Positions 20,544 to 31,361 of a stretch of 64,000 nt of DNA are shown in pieces (position 1 is the stretch's first letter; every line of letters starts with the position of its first letter). Under the pieces are notes generated by a model. The model did not search any database. It saw only the letters and a list, made by a program, of their open reading frames with translations, and had not been told where the DNA came from. The stretch spans positions 192,001-256,000 of the forward strand of contig CAVXEP010000019.1 in assembly GCA_963760795.1 (NCBI GenBank), written 5' to 3'. The translations under genes were made by a program, and so were the position numbers. Source of the stretch: an uncultured delta proteobacterium (GTDB lineage Bacteria > Desulfobacterota > Binatia > UBA9968).

Positions 20544-21541
20544 AGGTAATCTTGCTGCAGTTGTTCCTGGTGGTGTTAACGTTGGCTGAGGGCCGTCTGC
20601 TGTCAGCGGCGGAGCGCTTGATCGGCGTGCAGTCGGCGCGGGTCATGTCGCAGTCGATGCCGTGGATCGCCGAGGAGACCGGCATTTTTCGCAAGTATAA
20701 TTTGGAGTTTCCGCTGGTCTACATTGGCACCTCGCCGTTGGCAACGGCGGCAATGTTGGGCGGCGACGCGCAGTTGATGATTGACGGCGGCGTCGGTCTG
20801 GTGCGCACGGTGGTGGGCGGCAACAACGATCTGGTATTCATCGCCGGCATCAAGAACCATTTGACTCAAAGCATTCTCGCCAAGCCGGAGATCAAACGGC
20901 TGGAAGACTTGCGCGGCAAGAAGATTGGCGTCACGCGCATCGGCGCGACCACCCACTATTTCGCGCTCCAAGCGTTCAAGCGGCGCGGCATGGAAGCGGG
21001 ACGGGACTATGCGATGGTGCAGACCGGCGGCGCGCCGGAGATGTTGGCGGCGCTGCTCTCCGGCGCCATCGACGCCGGCACCATGTCTGCGCCTTGGGAT
21101 GCCCGCGCTGTCTCCCAGGGTTACCAGTATGTTGTCTACGGCCCAGATCTGCGCATCGCGCATGTTGCCGTGTCGTTTATCACGCGCCGCTCGTTTATCG
21201 CCCAGAACTCACCGCTGCTTGGCCGCTTCATGCGCGCCATGGCCGAGGCCGCGAAGATTTTGCACAGCGACAAAGAAATAGTCTTCAAAGTCCTGAGCAA
21301 ATACCTGCGCATCGACGACCGCAAAGTGCTCGACCAGGCTTACAATGCCGAGATCAAATCTCTCGAACCGCGCATGGAGCTGCGCCTCGAAGCCGTGCAG
21401 GCGATCCTCGACGACATCGCACCCACTGACTCACGGGCGAAGAAATACAAACCGCAGGATTTGTACGACCGGCGCTACTTGGACGAAATGGACAAGAGTG
21501 GGTTTATGGACAAGCTGTGGGCTAAAGCGGCGGCGAAGTGA
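20540..21541 (+). CDS. ABC substrate-binding protein, NMT1/SsuA-like (no adjacent permease)
   Basis: Signal peptide; PWIAEETGIFRKYNL; IKRLEDLRGKKIGVTRIG. Confidence 0.88.
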   Translation: MKVILLQLFLVVLTLAEGRLLSAAERLIGVQSARVMSQSMPWIAEETGIFRKYNLEFPLVYIGTSPLATAAMLGGDAQLMIDGGVGLVRTVVGGNNDLVFIAGIKNHLTQSILAKPEIKRLEDLRGKKIGVTRIGATTHYFALQAFKRRGMEAGRDYAMVQTGGAPEMLAALLSGAIDAGTMSAPWDARAVSQGYQYVVYGPDLRIAHVAVSFITRRSFIAQNSPLLGRFMRAMAEAAKILHSDKEIVFKVLSKYLRIDDRKVLDQAYNAEIKSLEPRMELRLEAVQAILDDIAPTDSRAKKYKPQDLYDRRYLDEMDKSGFMDKLWAKAAAK

Positions 21542-21939
21542 AATTTGATGGACTCGCTTACGCGCTAGCGCCGTTGCGTTAACGCAATTAATCCGTTCAT
21601 CGGGGTCTTGGCTGTCGCTACTGGTTCGGTTGCGGGGCAATTGTTTTCCACCGCATCACGGTATGTCAGGACCCTGGGTCGGCGGCAGTTTGTCGAAGAA
21701 AGCTTGGACAGAATCAGGACCCCGGGATTCGATTTATGAGAAATCAAAGTACCTGCCTACGCTGAAAGAGTTAAAAAGGCCTACGTGAGAAATTCCACGC
21801 CAATGGCCATCAGGCCGACTTGAAAGAATTCAAAGCCGGCATCCGTCCGGCAAGTGCCGGCACCGTCAGCGGGGATTCACGTCATGTTCGTGCGCACGGA
21901 ACACTACGAAAGGAAGCTGCCGAGGGAGAGGAAATAAGG

Positions 21940-23775
21940 TTAATCTTCCTCTTCGTGGCGCCGGCGCGGCCGGTCGGCTTGTTTGAGAATCTTTTTGCGC
22001 AGTCTAATTGACTGCGGCGTGACTTCGACCAACTCATCGTCAGAGATCCATTCCAAGCCCGCTTCCAGCCCCATTTCGCGGTGCGGTGAGATGATGATGT
22101 TTTCGTCTTTGCCGGCGGCGCGCATGTTGCTGAGCTTTTTCTCTTTGCAGACGTTGACGTTCAAGTCATTCTCGCGCGAGTATTCGCCGACCACCATGCC
22201 TTCGTAGACTTTGGTGCCCGGCGCGATGAACATGACGCCGCGTTCTTGCAGGTGATAGATCGCGTAGGGCGGGGCGGAGCCTTCGCGGTCGGCGACCATG
22301 GCAGCGTTGGTGCGCGATTGAATCAGGCCATGCCAGGGCTCCCAGCCGTTGAACAGCGCGTTCATGATGCCGGTGCCGCGGGTGTCGGTGAGAAAGCGCG
22401 AGCGAAAGCCGATCAAGCCGCGCGACGGCACGGCGAATTCCAAACGCACGCGGCTCGTTCCGCCGTGTGTCATCTTGGTCATCTTGCCCTTGCGCATCGC
22501 CAACAGCTGCGACACCACGCCGATGAAATCCTCGGGAACATCAATCACCAAGAGTTCCATCGGTTCATTGATAGCGCCATTGATCTCGCGGGTGATGACG
22601 GTGGGTTTCGAGACCATCATCTCGTAGCCTTCGCGGCGCATGGTCTCGATGACGATGGCCAGGGCGAATTCGCCTCGGCCGGTGACTTGAAAGGCATCCG
22701 GCTGGGCGGTTTCCTCGACCCGCAGACTGACGTTGCGCCGGGCTTCGAAGAACAATCGTTCGCGCAGCTTGCGCGAGGTGACATGTTCACCTTCACGGCC
22801 GGACCAGGGCGAATTGTTGGCGCAGAACAACATGGCGATGGTCGGTTCGTCGATGCGCAGCGGGGGTAGCGCTTGAGGCTTTTCCCGGTCGGTGATGGTA
22901 TCGCCGATGCCGATGTCCTCGATGCCGGCGATGGCGGCGATGTCGCCGGCTTGCACCGATGCGACTTCGACTCGTTTGAGCCCCTGCCAGCCATAGACTT
23001 GGGTGATTTTGACCACCTCTTGCTTGCCGCCGACGCGGCAAAGCATATATTGCCCCGGCGCGAGCGTGCCGTTCTTCACCCGGCCCACGGCGAGCCTGCC
23101 GACGTAGTCGTTGTAATCGAGATTGTTAGCCTGGAATTGTGTCGGCATCGCCGGGTCGTAGCTTGGGCCCGGCAGCGTGTTGACGATCAGCTCGAACATC
23201 GGCTTCAAATTTTCCCCGGGCTGTTTCAAGTCGAGTGTCGCGGTGCCGGCGCGGGCATTGGTATAGACCACCGGAAAATCGAGCTGGTCTTCGCTGGCGT
23301 CAAGATCGATGAACAGGTCATAGATTTCATCGAGCACCACGGCGATACGCGCGTCGGCCCGGTCGATCTTATTGATGCAGACGATCGGCGTGAGTTTGGC
23401 TTCAAGGGCTTTCTTCAAAACGAAGCGGGTCTGCGGCAGCGGCCCTTCCGAGGCGTCGACCAGCAGCATGACGCCGTCGACCATCGCCAAGGTGCGTTCC
23501 ACTTCGCCGCCGAAATCGGCATGGCCCGGCGTATCGACGATGTTGATCTTGGCGTTGCCGTAATGGATCGACGTGTTTTTCGCCATGATCGTAATGCCGC
23601 GCTCGCGCTCGAGATCCATCGAATCCATGATGCGTTCGGCGACATGCTCGTTGGCGCGGAAAATACCGCTCTGGTGCAGCAATGCGTCGACCAGAGTGGT
23701 CTTGCCGTGATCGACGTGGGCGATGATCGCGATGTTGCGCAAATCGTCGCGGCGGGTGAGTTGAGCTTGAGTCAT
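21940..23775 (-). CDS. typA: Translational GTPase TypA/BipA
   Basis: [59 protein letters not shown]. Confidence 0.97.
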   Translation of the reverse strand: MTQAQLTRRDDLRNIAIIAHVDHGKTTLVDALLHQSGIFRANEHVAERIMDSMDLERERGITIMAKNTSIHYGNAKINIVDTPGHADFGGEVERTLAMVDGVMLLVDASEGPLPQTRFVLKKALEAKLTPIVCINKIDRADARIAVVLDEIYDLFIDLDASEDQLDFPVVYTNARAGTATLDLKQPGENLKPMFELIVNTLPGPSYDPAMPTQFQANNLDYNDYVGRLAVGRVKNGTLAPGQYMLCRVGGKQEVVKITQVYGWQGLKRVEVASVQAGDIAAIAGIEDIGIGDTITDREKPQALPPLRIDEPTIAMLFCANNSPWSGREGEHVTSRKLRERLFFEARRNVSLRVEETAQPDAFQVTGRGEFALAIVIETMRREGYEMMVSKPTVITREINGAINEPMELLVIDVPEDFIGVVSQLLAMRKGKMTKMTHGGTSRVRLEFAVPSRGLIGFRSRFLTDTRGTGIMNALFNGWEPWHGLIQSRTNAAMVADREGSAPPYAIYHLQERGVMFIAPGTKVYEGMVVGEYSRENDLNVNVCKEKKLSNMRAAGKDENIIISPHREMGLEAGLEWISDDELVEVTPQSIRLRKKILKQADRPRRRHEEED

Positions 23776-23899
23776 AACCGATGAGTATCAAAGTTGGCTC
23801 CTCCGAAGTCAAGCGAACGGCGAAAATGTCCACAATTCTCGAGCGTTGGCGTTCGTTACCTTGCGATTACCGGGGCTGTAGAGTATTTTTAGGGTTTAC

Positions 23900-25639
23900 A
23901 TGGGGCGATTGTGGCAATATTTGCGGCGCTATTGGCGGCGTTACCTGATTGGCGGGCTATGTCTGCTCGGCACCGCCACGCTGGTCATGGCGATCCCCTG
24001 GTGGACCCGTGAAGTGGTGCGCATCATCGAGCAGGGCGGCTCGCTCAGCGACGTGCGCTTTTACGCCTTGCTGATCATCGCGGCGGCGGTCCTCCAGGGT
24101 ATCGTGCGCACCTATTCGCGGGCATTGATCTTCAACGCCGGCCGCGATGTCGAATACGATCTGCGCAACGATCTGTTCGCGCACTTGGAAAAGCTGCCGC
24201 TGGCGTTTTATCAAGCCAACCGCACCGGCGATCTGATGTCGCGGGTGATCAACGATATTTCCGCCGTCCGCGTCATGCTCGGTCCCGGCGTGCTCAACTT
24301 CGTCAACGCGCCGGTGTATTACGTCTACGCGGTGATTCTCATGCTGTCGATGGATGTGCGTATGACCTTGGCCGCTCTGGCGCCGTTTCCGTTGTTGATG
24401 ATTGTCGCCCGCGTTTTTCGCGGCAAAATCATGAAAAGCTCCCTGGAAGTGCAGCAGCAGATGTCGGTACTGAGCAGCCATGTGCAGGAAAATTTGAGCG
24501 GCATGCATGTGGTCAAAGCCTATTCCCAGGAAGACTTTCAAACCCAGCAGTTCATCGGACTCAACAAAGACTATGAAGTCAAAAGCATGCAGATGGCCAA
24601 GATGCGCGGCATCGTCAACCCGCTGATGCAGGGGATTAACGGGCTGACCGTGTTGATTGTCATCTGGTACGGCGGCGTGCGCGTGTTGCGCGGCGATTTA
24701 CTGGTCGCTGACATCGTTGCCTTTATAGCTTACTTGAACGTGCTCGCGTGGCCGACGGCGGCCTTCGGCTGGATGCTTTCGCTCGTCGAGCGCGGCCGGG
24801 CGGCGATGCGCCGGCTCGAAGAAATTCTCGCGACCGAACCGGCGATTGCCAGCCAAGCGGCGCCGTTGCCGGTTCAGGGCCTCAAGCAGGGCATGGAATT
24901 TCGCAACGTCGCGTTTGCCTACAATGGCCAACGCAACGGTCACGCGGCCATCGAAGGTATCAGCTTCAAACTCCCCGTCGGCAAGTCGGTCGGATTGGTC
25001 GGCCGCATCGGTTCGGGCAAGAGCACCGTCGCGCAATTGGTACCGCGGCTGTTCGATGCCAGCAGCGGCGAGATTCTCTTAGATGGGCAGCCGCTCACCG
25101 AGCTGCCGCTCTCGGAACTGCGCCGGATGATGGGCTATGTGCCGCAGGATCCGTTTCTGTTTTCGACCACGCTGCGGCGCAATATCGCGCTGGGCCGCGA
25201 GGAGTACAGCGAAGCGGAGCTTAATCGGGCGATCGCGATCGCCAAGCTCGACCGCGATTTGGCAATCTTTCCCAAAGGTTTGGATACCCTGGTGGGCGAG
25301 CGCGGCGTGACCCTTTCCGGCGGGCAAAAGCAGCGCGCGACCTTGGCGCGGGCGTTGATCATGGACTCGCCGGTGCTGGTTCTCGATGACTGTCTTTCCA
25401 GTGTCGACGCTCAGACCGAAGCGGAGATCCTCGCCGGGCTGCGGACGTTTCTCAAGGAAAAAACCTGCCTGATCATTTCGCACCGTATTTCCGCGGTGAA
25501 AGAGGCCGATGAGATTCTCGTGCTTGACGACGGCAGGATCATCGAGCGCGGCGATCACGAAGCCTTGGTGCGCCGGGGCGGCGTCTACGCCGATCTGTAC
25601 CAGCAGCAACGCTTGAGCGAGGAGCTCGAACAAATCTAA
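23900..25639 (+). CDS. Heterodimeric ABC exporter subunit A (TMD-NBD)
   Basis: GRIGSGKST, LSGGQKQR, and degenerate Walker B VLDDCLS. Confidence 0.92.
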   Translation: MGRLWQYLRRYWRRYLIGGLCLLGTATLVMAIPWWTREVVRIIEQGGSLSDVRFYALLIIAAAVLQGIVRTYSRALIFNAGRDVEYDLRNDLFAHLEKLPLAFYQANRTGDLMSRVINDISAVRVMLGPGVLNFVNAPVYYVYAVILMLSMDVRMTLAALAPFPLLMIVARVFRGKIMKSSLEVQQQMSVLSSHVQENLSGMHVVKAYSQEDFQTQQFIGLNKDYEVKSMQMAKMRGIVNPLMQGINGLTVLIVIWYGGVRVLRGDLLVADIVAFIAYLNVLAWPTAAFGWMLSLVERGRAAMRRLEEILATEPAIASQAAPLPVQGLKQGMEFRNVAFAYNGQRNGHAAIEGISFKLPVGKSVGLVGRIGSGKSTVAQLVPRLFDASSGEILLDGQPLTELPLSELRRMMGYVPQDPFLFSTTLRRNIALGREEYSEAELNRAIAIAKLDRDLAIFPKGLDTLVGERGVTLSGGQKQRATLARALIMDSPVLVLDDCLSSVDAQTEAEILAGLRTFLKEKTCLIISHRISAVKEADEILVLDDGRIIERGDHEALVRRGGVYADLYQQQRLSEELEQI

Positions 25640-27453
25640 TGGCCCAAGCCGCACAGCAAGAAGACGTCCTCGGTAAAGCCTATGATCTGCGCCTGATCCG
25701 GCGCTTGTGGAAGTTCATCATTCCCTACAAGCGGCTGTTTTATCTCACCATGCTGCTCTTGCCGCTGCAGCAGGCTTTCGGCGTCGCCCAGCCGTATTTA
25801 ATGAAAATCGGCATCGACCAGTATATCGCCGGCAAGGATCTCTGGGGTTTGCAGAACGTCATGCTGCTTTTCCTCGCCGCGCTGATCGGCGAGACGGTGG
25901 CGGCGTTTGCGCACCATTACTTTTCAATGTTAGTGGCGCAGCGTTGTTTGGCGGACATGCGCGCGGCGGTGTTCGCCCATGTGCAGAAATTGCCGATGAG
26001 TTATTTCGACCGCAATCCGGTGGGCCGTTTGGTGACGCGCATGACCACCGACGTCGACGTGCTGCAGGAGATGTTTTCCTCCGGTGTCCTGACGCTGGTG
26101 TCCGACCTCATCATGGTGGTGTGGATCGTCAGCATCATGTTCTATCTCAACGTTGGCTTGGCGTTGGTGTCCTTGGCGTTGATCCCGCCGATGATGTTCG
26201 CGATTAATTTTTTCCGCGTCAAGGCACGCCAGAACTACCGCCAGATCCGCGAGCGCATCGCCAGGGTGAATGCCTATCTAGGAGAGGCGATTTCCGGCAT
26301 GATGGTCATCCAGCTGTTCTCCCGCGAGACCAAAACCTATCGCGAGTTCGAAGCGCTTAACGCCGATCATCGCGATGCTTACCATCTGTCGAACAGTTAC
26401 GAGGCCGCACTCTATTCCATGGTCGAAGCCGCTGGCTCGGTGAGCCTGGGGCTGTTGCTCTGGTACGGCGGCGGCGAGGTCTTGCATGGCATCATCGGCA
26501 TCGGCACGGTGGTGGCCTTCAAAGAATACGTGCACCGGTTCTTTGTGCCGATGCGCGATTTTAGCCAGAAGTACGCGGTCATGCAGTCGGCGATGGCATC
26601 GGCGGAGCGGATTTTCCAACTGCTCGACACCGAGGTCGATATTCAAAACCCGAAAAACGCCGTGGTGCCCAAGCCGTTTCGCGGCGAAGTGGTCTTCGAT
26701 AACGTTTGGTTTCACTACAAGGCCGGCGATCCGGTGTTGAAAGGCGTCTCGTTTCGCATCGCGCCTGGGGAAAAAGTCGCCGTCGTCGGCGCTACCGGAT
26801 CGGGCAAGACGACCACCATCAAGCTGCTCAACCGCTCCTACGATATCCAACAGGGCTCGATCAAAGTCAGCGGCGTCGATGTGCGCGAGTGGGATTTACA
26901 CGCCTTGCGCCGCCATATCGGCGTGGTGTTGCAAGATGTGTTTTTGTTTTCCGGCGACGTGCGCGGCAACCTGATCTTGGGCGATCCGTCGGTCTCCCAG
27001 GAACGCGTCGAACAAGCGGCCAAGCACGCCAACGCCGATCAGTTCATTCGCCGGTTGCCCGACGGCTATCTTGCCCAGGTGCGCGAACGGGGCAGCAATT
27101 TTTCCGTTGGCCAACGCCAGCTCTTATCGCTGGCGCGGGTGCTGGTTTTCGGCCCGGAAATTTTGGTGATGGACGAGGCGACCTCCAGCGTCGACACTGA
27201 AACCGAAGCGTTGATCCAAGACGCTCTGGATAAAGTCATGCGCGACCGCACCTGTCTGTTGATCGCGCACCGGCTGTCGACCATCCGCAACGCCGACCGC
27301 ATTATCGTCCTACACCATGGCGAAGTGCGCGAGATGGGTTCTCACGCCCAGCTGATGGACAAGCGCGGCATCTATCATCGCCTGTACCAATTGCAGTACG
27401 AGCGCGAAGAGTTGAAGCTCACCATCCATGCCGACTCCAAGGTAGTTGCCTAA
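25639..27453 (+). CDS. Heterodimeric ABC exporter subunit B (TMD-NBD)
   Basis: GATGSGKTT, degenerate signature FSVGQ, and consensus Walker B MDEATS. TAATG coupling to subunit A. Confidence 0.92.
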   Translation: MAQAAQQEDVLGKAYDLRLIRRLWKFIIPYKRLFYLTMLLLPLQQAFGVAQPYLMKIGIDQYIAGKDLWGLQNVMLLFLAALIGETVAAFAHHYFSMLVAQRCLADMRAAVFAHVQKLPMSYFDRNPVGRLVTRMTTDVDVLQEMFSSGVLTLVSDLIMVVWIVSIMFYLNVGLALVSLALIPPMMFAINFFRVKARQNYRQIRERIARVNAYLGEAISGMMVIQLFSRETKTYREFEALNADHRDAYHLSNSYEAALYSMVEAAGSVSLGLLLWYGGGEVLHGIIGIGTVVAFKEYVHRFFVPMRDFSQKYAVMQSAMASAERIFQLLDTEVDIQNPKNAVVPKPFRGEVVFDNVWFHYKAGDPVLKGVSFRIAPGEKVAVVGATGSGKTTTIKLLNRSYDIQQGSIKVSGVDVREWDLHALRRHIGVVLQDVFLFSGDVRGNLILGDPSVSQERVEQAAKHANADQFIRRLPDGYLAQVRERGSNFSVGQRQLLSLARVLVFGPEILVMDEATSSVDTETEALIQDALDKVMRDRTCLLIAHRLSTIRNADRIIVLHHGEVREMGSHAQLMDKRGIYHRLYQLQYEREELKLTIHADSKVVA

Positions 27454-27824
27454 GAAGTTAGACTTTTACTTCCGGTCTGGAACAGTGCTGCATCTTCGGT
27501 ATCACAGAATTTGGCGCCAGGCTGCTAAACAAATTCAGTAAACCCGCCGATTGCCGTGGTGAGATGGCGTGTTTGATCGCCCACTAAATTCAACGCCGCA
27601 TAGAGACTTGGCCGACGCGGATGCTCCTCAATCGAGCGGCGACCTCAATCTGCAATAGTCCACGAAAACGTTTGAAGTTGTTAGGCAAGCATCGGCCCGA
27701 CTGAATCCGCCCCCTTCTCCCATGTACACCGATTGCTAGCCTCACGCACAGCAAAATCGATTACATAGAATCGCCTGGGTCCTTTTTTCTGGGTGCGTGT
27801 CTCTCGATATACGCTGTGACGTTT

Positions 27825-29129
27825 TTATTGTTTGATATCTCGCGGCGCGCTTTTCCTTAGTAACGAGGCGAGAAGCTCAAGGCGCTCCTTCGAAAGATTC
27901 TTGAGCGCGGATGACGAACGATCGCTCTCGCGGGCGTACGCGTCTTGCTTTACCGCAGGCACAGCAGCCAGATTTTCCAGATATTCCTCAACCGGCGCGA
28001 TCGAAAGCTTCGAAACATAGTTCTCTGCGGCCTCCCGGGAGGCTGTAGATAGCTCGTCGTAATGCTGCCGATCAGAGAGAAGTCGCTTCAACGCGTCGAG
28101 CCAAGGCCGAATGTCTTGCTCGGGGACGAACGGGACTGGAAGCATCTGGTCATCTCTGTGCGTTTGGTATCGCGCGATGGGTTCAACCGGCAAGAGATAG
28201 TCCACACCTAGTTTTGCTTCGGGTAGGCCGCCCAGATTGCTAGCCAAGACCGGAATTCCTCTGAGCATCGACTCGACGACGATCTTGCCAAAGGCTTCCC
28301 CCCAGAGCGATGGCACCAGCATAATGCGGGTCCGGGCAAAAATCTGATCTATATCCTCGGTCGGCTGAAGCATCTCTACATTAGGAAATTGTTTTAGGGC
28401 AACCCGGTCGGCAGCGGTGGTAGCCCAAGTCGGCACAGCAGCAAACTTTTCCGCAGGTAATGCGCGCGCCAGCTCTAAAAAGATGGCAATTCCTTTGATC
28501 GCCGACGGGTTGACCATCGTAATGAAGGGGTTATCCAATGATCCGAAGTAGGGCCACGGGGGGTTCCCGAAAACCGGCAAGGAAATGGCGACCGAGTTCA
28601 GGCCGCCCCACTTAAAAATATAACTCTTCAGGTAATTGCTGACCGCTATGATTCCGGCCGTTCGTTGGAGCATTTCTGCTTTCAATGGATCTGGCGAAAA
28701 ACACTCTGGACCGAAAGGCAGAGTTGCCTGGCTGTGCGATAGAAAAACAACACGCCCCGGCACGCTCTCCAGGGCAGCCGCAAGGGCGAGATAACTAGGA
28801 TCCTCGGATATCAAAATCCAATCCGGCCTAAACTCTTCAGCTTGCTTCAGAAGCTCGCCGCAAAATTGACTGGGGTCGGCGAGTTGGTGAACCTGAACGC
28901 CATGGAGATCAAATTTCTCGGCCAAAGGCGAGAATCCCGCATGGGTCGGATCCAATGACTCGTTGCGCGATCCGCGGCGCGGCGCGAAATGTGTTGCGGT
29001 GTGCGACAACGCGAGGACTCTGCACAGGTGGCCTCTTCGGCTAAGATATTGCAGCAGCTCGCGGTTCGATTTTGCTGCCCCGGTCCATGTCGGTGAATAG
29101 GATAATTTCTGCGCCAGAAATATTTTCAC
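27825..29129 (-). CDS. Glycosyltransferase family 4 (GT-B) with a C-terminal docking-like tail
   Basis: TGAAKSNR, AVSNY, NPSAIKG, PSLWGEAFGKIVVESMLRGIPVLASNLGGLPE. Tail LKNLSKERLELLASLLRK. Confidence 0.9.
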   Translation of the reverse strand: MKIFLAQKLSYSPTWTGAAKSNRELLQYLSRRGHLCRVLALSHTATHFAPRRGSRNESLDPTHAGFSPLAEKFDLHGVQVHQLADPSQFCGELLKQAEEFRPDWILISEDPSYLALAAALESVPGRVVFLSHSQATLPFGPECFSPDPLKAEMLQRTAGIIAVSNYLKSYIFKWGGLNSVAISLPVFGNPPWPYFGSLDNPFITMVNPSAIKGIAIFLELARALPAEKFAAVPTWATTAADRVALKQFPNVEMLQPTEDIDQIFARTRIMLVPSLWGEAFGKIVVESMLRGIPVLASNLGGLPEAKLGVDYLLPVEPIARYQTHRDDQMLPVPFVPEQDIRPWLDALKRLLSDRQHYDELSTASREAAENYVSKLSIAPVEEYLENLAAVPAVKQDAYARESDRSSSALKNLSKERLELLASLLRKSAPRDIKQ

Positions 29130-29142
29130 GAATACGCCACAC

Positions 29143-31341
29143 TCAGTCCTGGCTGTGATCTTCCCTGGTTAGCAGCGATTTAACCTGATCATCGGATAGT
29201 CCTTCGATTTTCTTCAAAACGACATCAAGTTCATCGACGCTGGCGGCATCTGCTTGTGCCATTAGAATCTCTCGGCAGAGTCCGCCGATAGTAAGTTTAG
29301 TCGTAAAGAATAGTCTCACTGGGAGCTCAACGCCCAAATCTTTTCGGATGCGGGAGAGAACCTGCATACCGAGAAGTGAGTGACCTCCCAAATCGAAAAA
29401 GTTGTCATCGACGCCAATACGCTCCAATCCCAGCAGTTCCGACCACATGTGAGCCAGACGGTTCTCGAGCGGAGAACGCGGCGGCACGAACGGCACGACC
29501 TCCCGCGGCAGAGGACGGCGCGTTTGTAAAACCACGCGGTGGATTCTTTCGGCGTCGTTAAGTTCAATGGCAATAGAACTCAACAGCGACGCCTTTTCTC
29601 GGGCACCTCGCGTATCGGCGGCAATGACCGAAGACTCCTCGTCCTCGGCGGTCGCCGCGGTGATTGTCGCCGCCTCCTGTGGCCGGTATTCGATGGCCGC
29701 CGCATACACGGCGGGAAATTTGAAAAGATAACCTCCGTCAATTGTTTCCTTCAAATCCGCGCCGACACTCTCCAAAAACTCCAATGCGGGGCGATTTTTC
29801 TTGGTTTGGAGATAGCGCACTTCGACTCGATCGAAATCTCGCTGCATAGCAATTTCGCCTAGTCTCGACAGCAGGCGATGCTCTACGCCTTTGCCGAGAG
29901 CGCGGCAACTCAGCAGGAAGGTGTCCACGAGAATGCAAGCAACGGCTCTAAAAATAATTGCGCCAACGAGACCATAGTCGCCAAACCGATCTCTCAGGTT
30001 TACGGTGAGACACTCTGCGTCTTCTTTTTGACAGAGACTCTGAATTTCGCTCTCGGAACGTCGCTGGGTCGTACAGTTAAACTGGTTGGTTCTCTGGGTT
30101 AATTCCGCCACGCGGGGAATTTGACGCGTCACCAACGGCGCAATCTCGATTGTCAGATCGAGACCCGCTAGGAAATCGCTAAAACTAAGCGATGCCTTAT
30201 GAAAACTCGCCCGCTCGGAACTCTGTTTATACGCTAGATTGCGTTGTTGTCCTTCGGCGGTGACTTTGAGATGATCAAAGATCCACAGATGCGATAAAAA
30301 CTGCCCCGCCTGCTCGGGGTCCCGCGGAACTTGGAAGGTCAACACTTCAGGGCAGTGCGATTGCACTTCCGCGCACTCGACGGGATCGTCATCGAGAAAG
30401 ATGAAACTGTCGGCGCCGAGGTTCAACTCCTGTGCTAAAGCTCTGATGTTTTCCGATTTTTGCCGCCAATTGATTCGCCGGGCGACAAAATGATCGAGTT
30501 TCAAAGGCATATCGGAGCGATTTGTAAATACCTCGACGACATCAGCCTCATTGTTTTTGCTGCACAAACAAAGGAGCATTCCGGCATGATATTGTTCGAG
30601 CAGGAACTCTTGGATTTTCTTCCATGGCGGAGTTATCGCTATGCCAGCCGCGCCATCTTCGCCGCATACCCCGCCCCAGAGCGTCTGATCGCAATCCAGC
30701 ACGATTACCTTATAGGGGTCGCTCGTAAGGGTGTAAATTTTACGCGCGAGCATTGTCGCCAAGGCGCTGAAGAATAATGGCGTGAACGGGATATGCGCTA
30801 ACCTGTCACTGTCAGGATCATAATATTCCGCTACCGGATAGCAGGCGAATAGTTCAGCCGGCGTAATGACGTGGACTCCGGGTATTGCTTGCAGCTCGGT
30901 CTGCAGCGACGCGACTATATCTTCGACAAATCGTTTTCTCTCCGGGTCCATCACAACCGCCGGTGACGCCGGACATAAACAGACGAGCTGCGGCGTCGCC
31001 GAACGCTCGGCGGCGGTTGTAACGGCGCGCGCAAAGTCGCGCGCGTCACGTTCGAGCGCCGGAAACGACAGTTCGGCAGCTTGACGCCCTGCGGCACTCT
31101 TTTGCCAGTCTTCAAAGCCTACCAGAATAATATTGACACCCGTGCGGTTGGTGGCGAGCAAGCTAGACGGATCGACGAGTTGTTGAAATACCTGGTTGTA
31201 CGGCGCAAAAGTGATCCGCGCCGGTATCTGGAGTTCCTCCAGCCAGAAGGTCAGCGGTCGCTCGAGCGGCTCTGCTGTAAAGGTAGCTGTGATCGCGATC
31301 GTTTGCTCTGCGTTCCGAGTATCCAACTCATCATTCAACAT
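29143..31341 (-). CDS. FkbH-like (HAD-IIIC) glyceryl transferase fused to a phosphopantetheine carrier domain
   Basis: N-terminal ATFTAEP...FAPYNQVFQQL; HAD motif VLDCDQTLWGG; SKN; FLDDDP; RTNQFN; DRFGDYG; LLSCRALG. Carrier motif DDNFFDLGGHSLL. Start reassigned to ATG at 31341. Confidence 0.92.
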   Translation of the reverse strand: MLNDELDTRNAEQTIAITATFTAEPLERPLTFWLEELQIPARITFAPYNQVFQQLVDPSSLLATNRTGVNIILVGFEDWQKSAAGRQAAELSFPALERDARDFARAVTTAAERSATPQLVCLCPASPAVVMDPERKRFVEDIVASLQTELQAIPGVHVITPAELFACYPVAEYYDPDSDRLAHIPFTPLFFSALATMLARKIYTLTSDPYKVIVLDCDQTLWGGVCGEDGAAGIAITPPWKKIQEFLLEQYHAGMLLCLCSKNNEADVVEVFTNRSDMPLKLDHFVARRINWRQKSENIRALAQELNLGADSFIFLDDDPVECAEVQSHCPEVLTFQVPRDPEQAGQFLSHLWIFDHLKVTAEGQQRNLAYKQSSERASFHKASLSFSDFLAGLDLTIEIAPLVTRQIPRVAELTQRTNQFNCTTQRRSESEIQSLCQKEDAECLTVNLRDRFGDYGLVGAIIFRAVACILVDTFLLSCRALGKGVEHRLLSRLGEIAMQRDFDRVEVRYLQTKKNRPALEFLESVGADLKETIDGGYLFKFPAVYAAAIEYRPQEAATITAATAEDEESSVIAADTRGAREKASLLSSIAIELNDAERIHRVVLQTRRPLPREVVPFVPPRSPLENRLAHMWSELLGLERIGVDDNFFDLGGHSLLGMQVLSRIRKDLGVELPVRLFFTTKLTIGGLCREILMAQADAASVDELDVVLKKIEGLSDDQVKSLLTREDHSQD

Positions 31342-31361
31342 TGGCTCTTTGCTCCATCGAT

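Noticed and set aside
21700-21740. GGACCCCGGGATTCGATT resembles a tRNA/tmRNA T-arm
   Set aside because: No complementary T-stem, acceptor stem or CCA end follows.
23900-27453. ABC exporter pair as part of the FkbH/GT cassette
   Set aside because: It is convergent, separated by ~370 nt and host-like in composition, and it is a common housekeeping heterodimer next to typA. No evidence of linkage.
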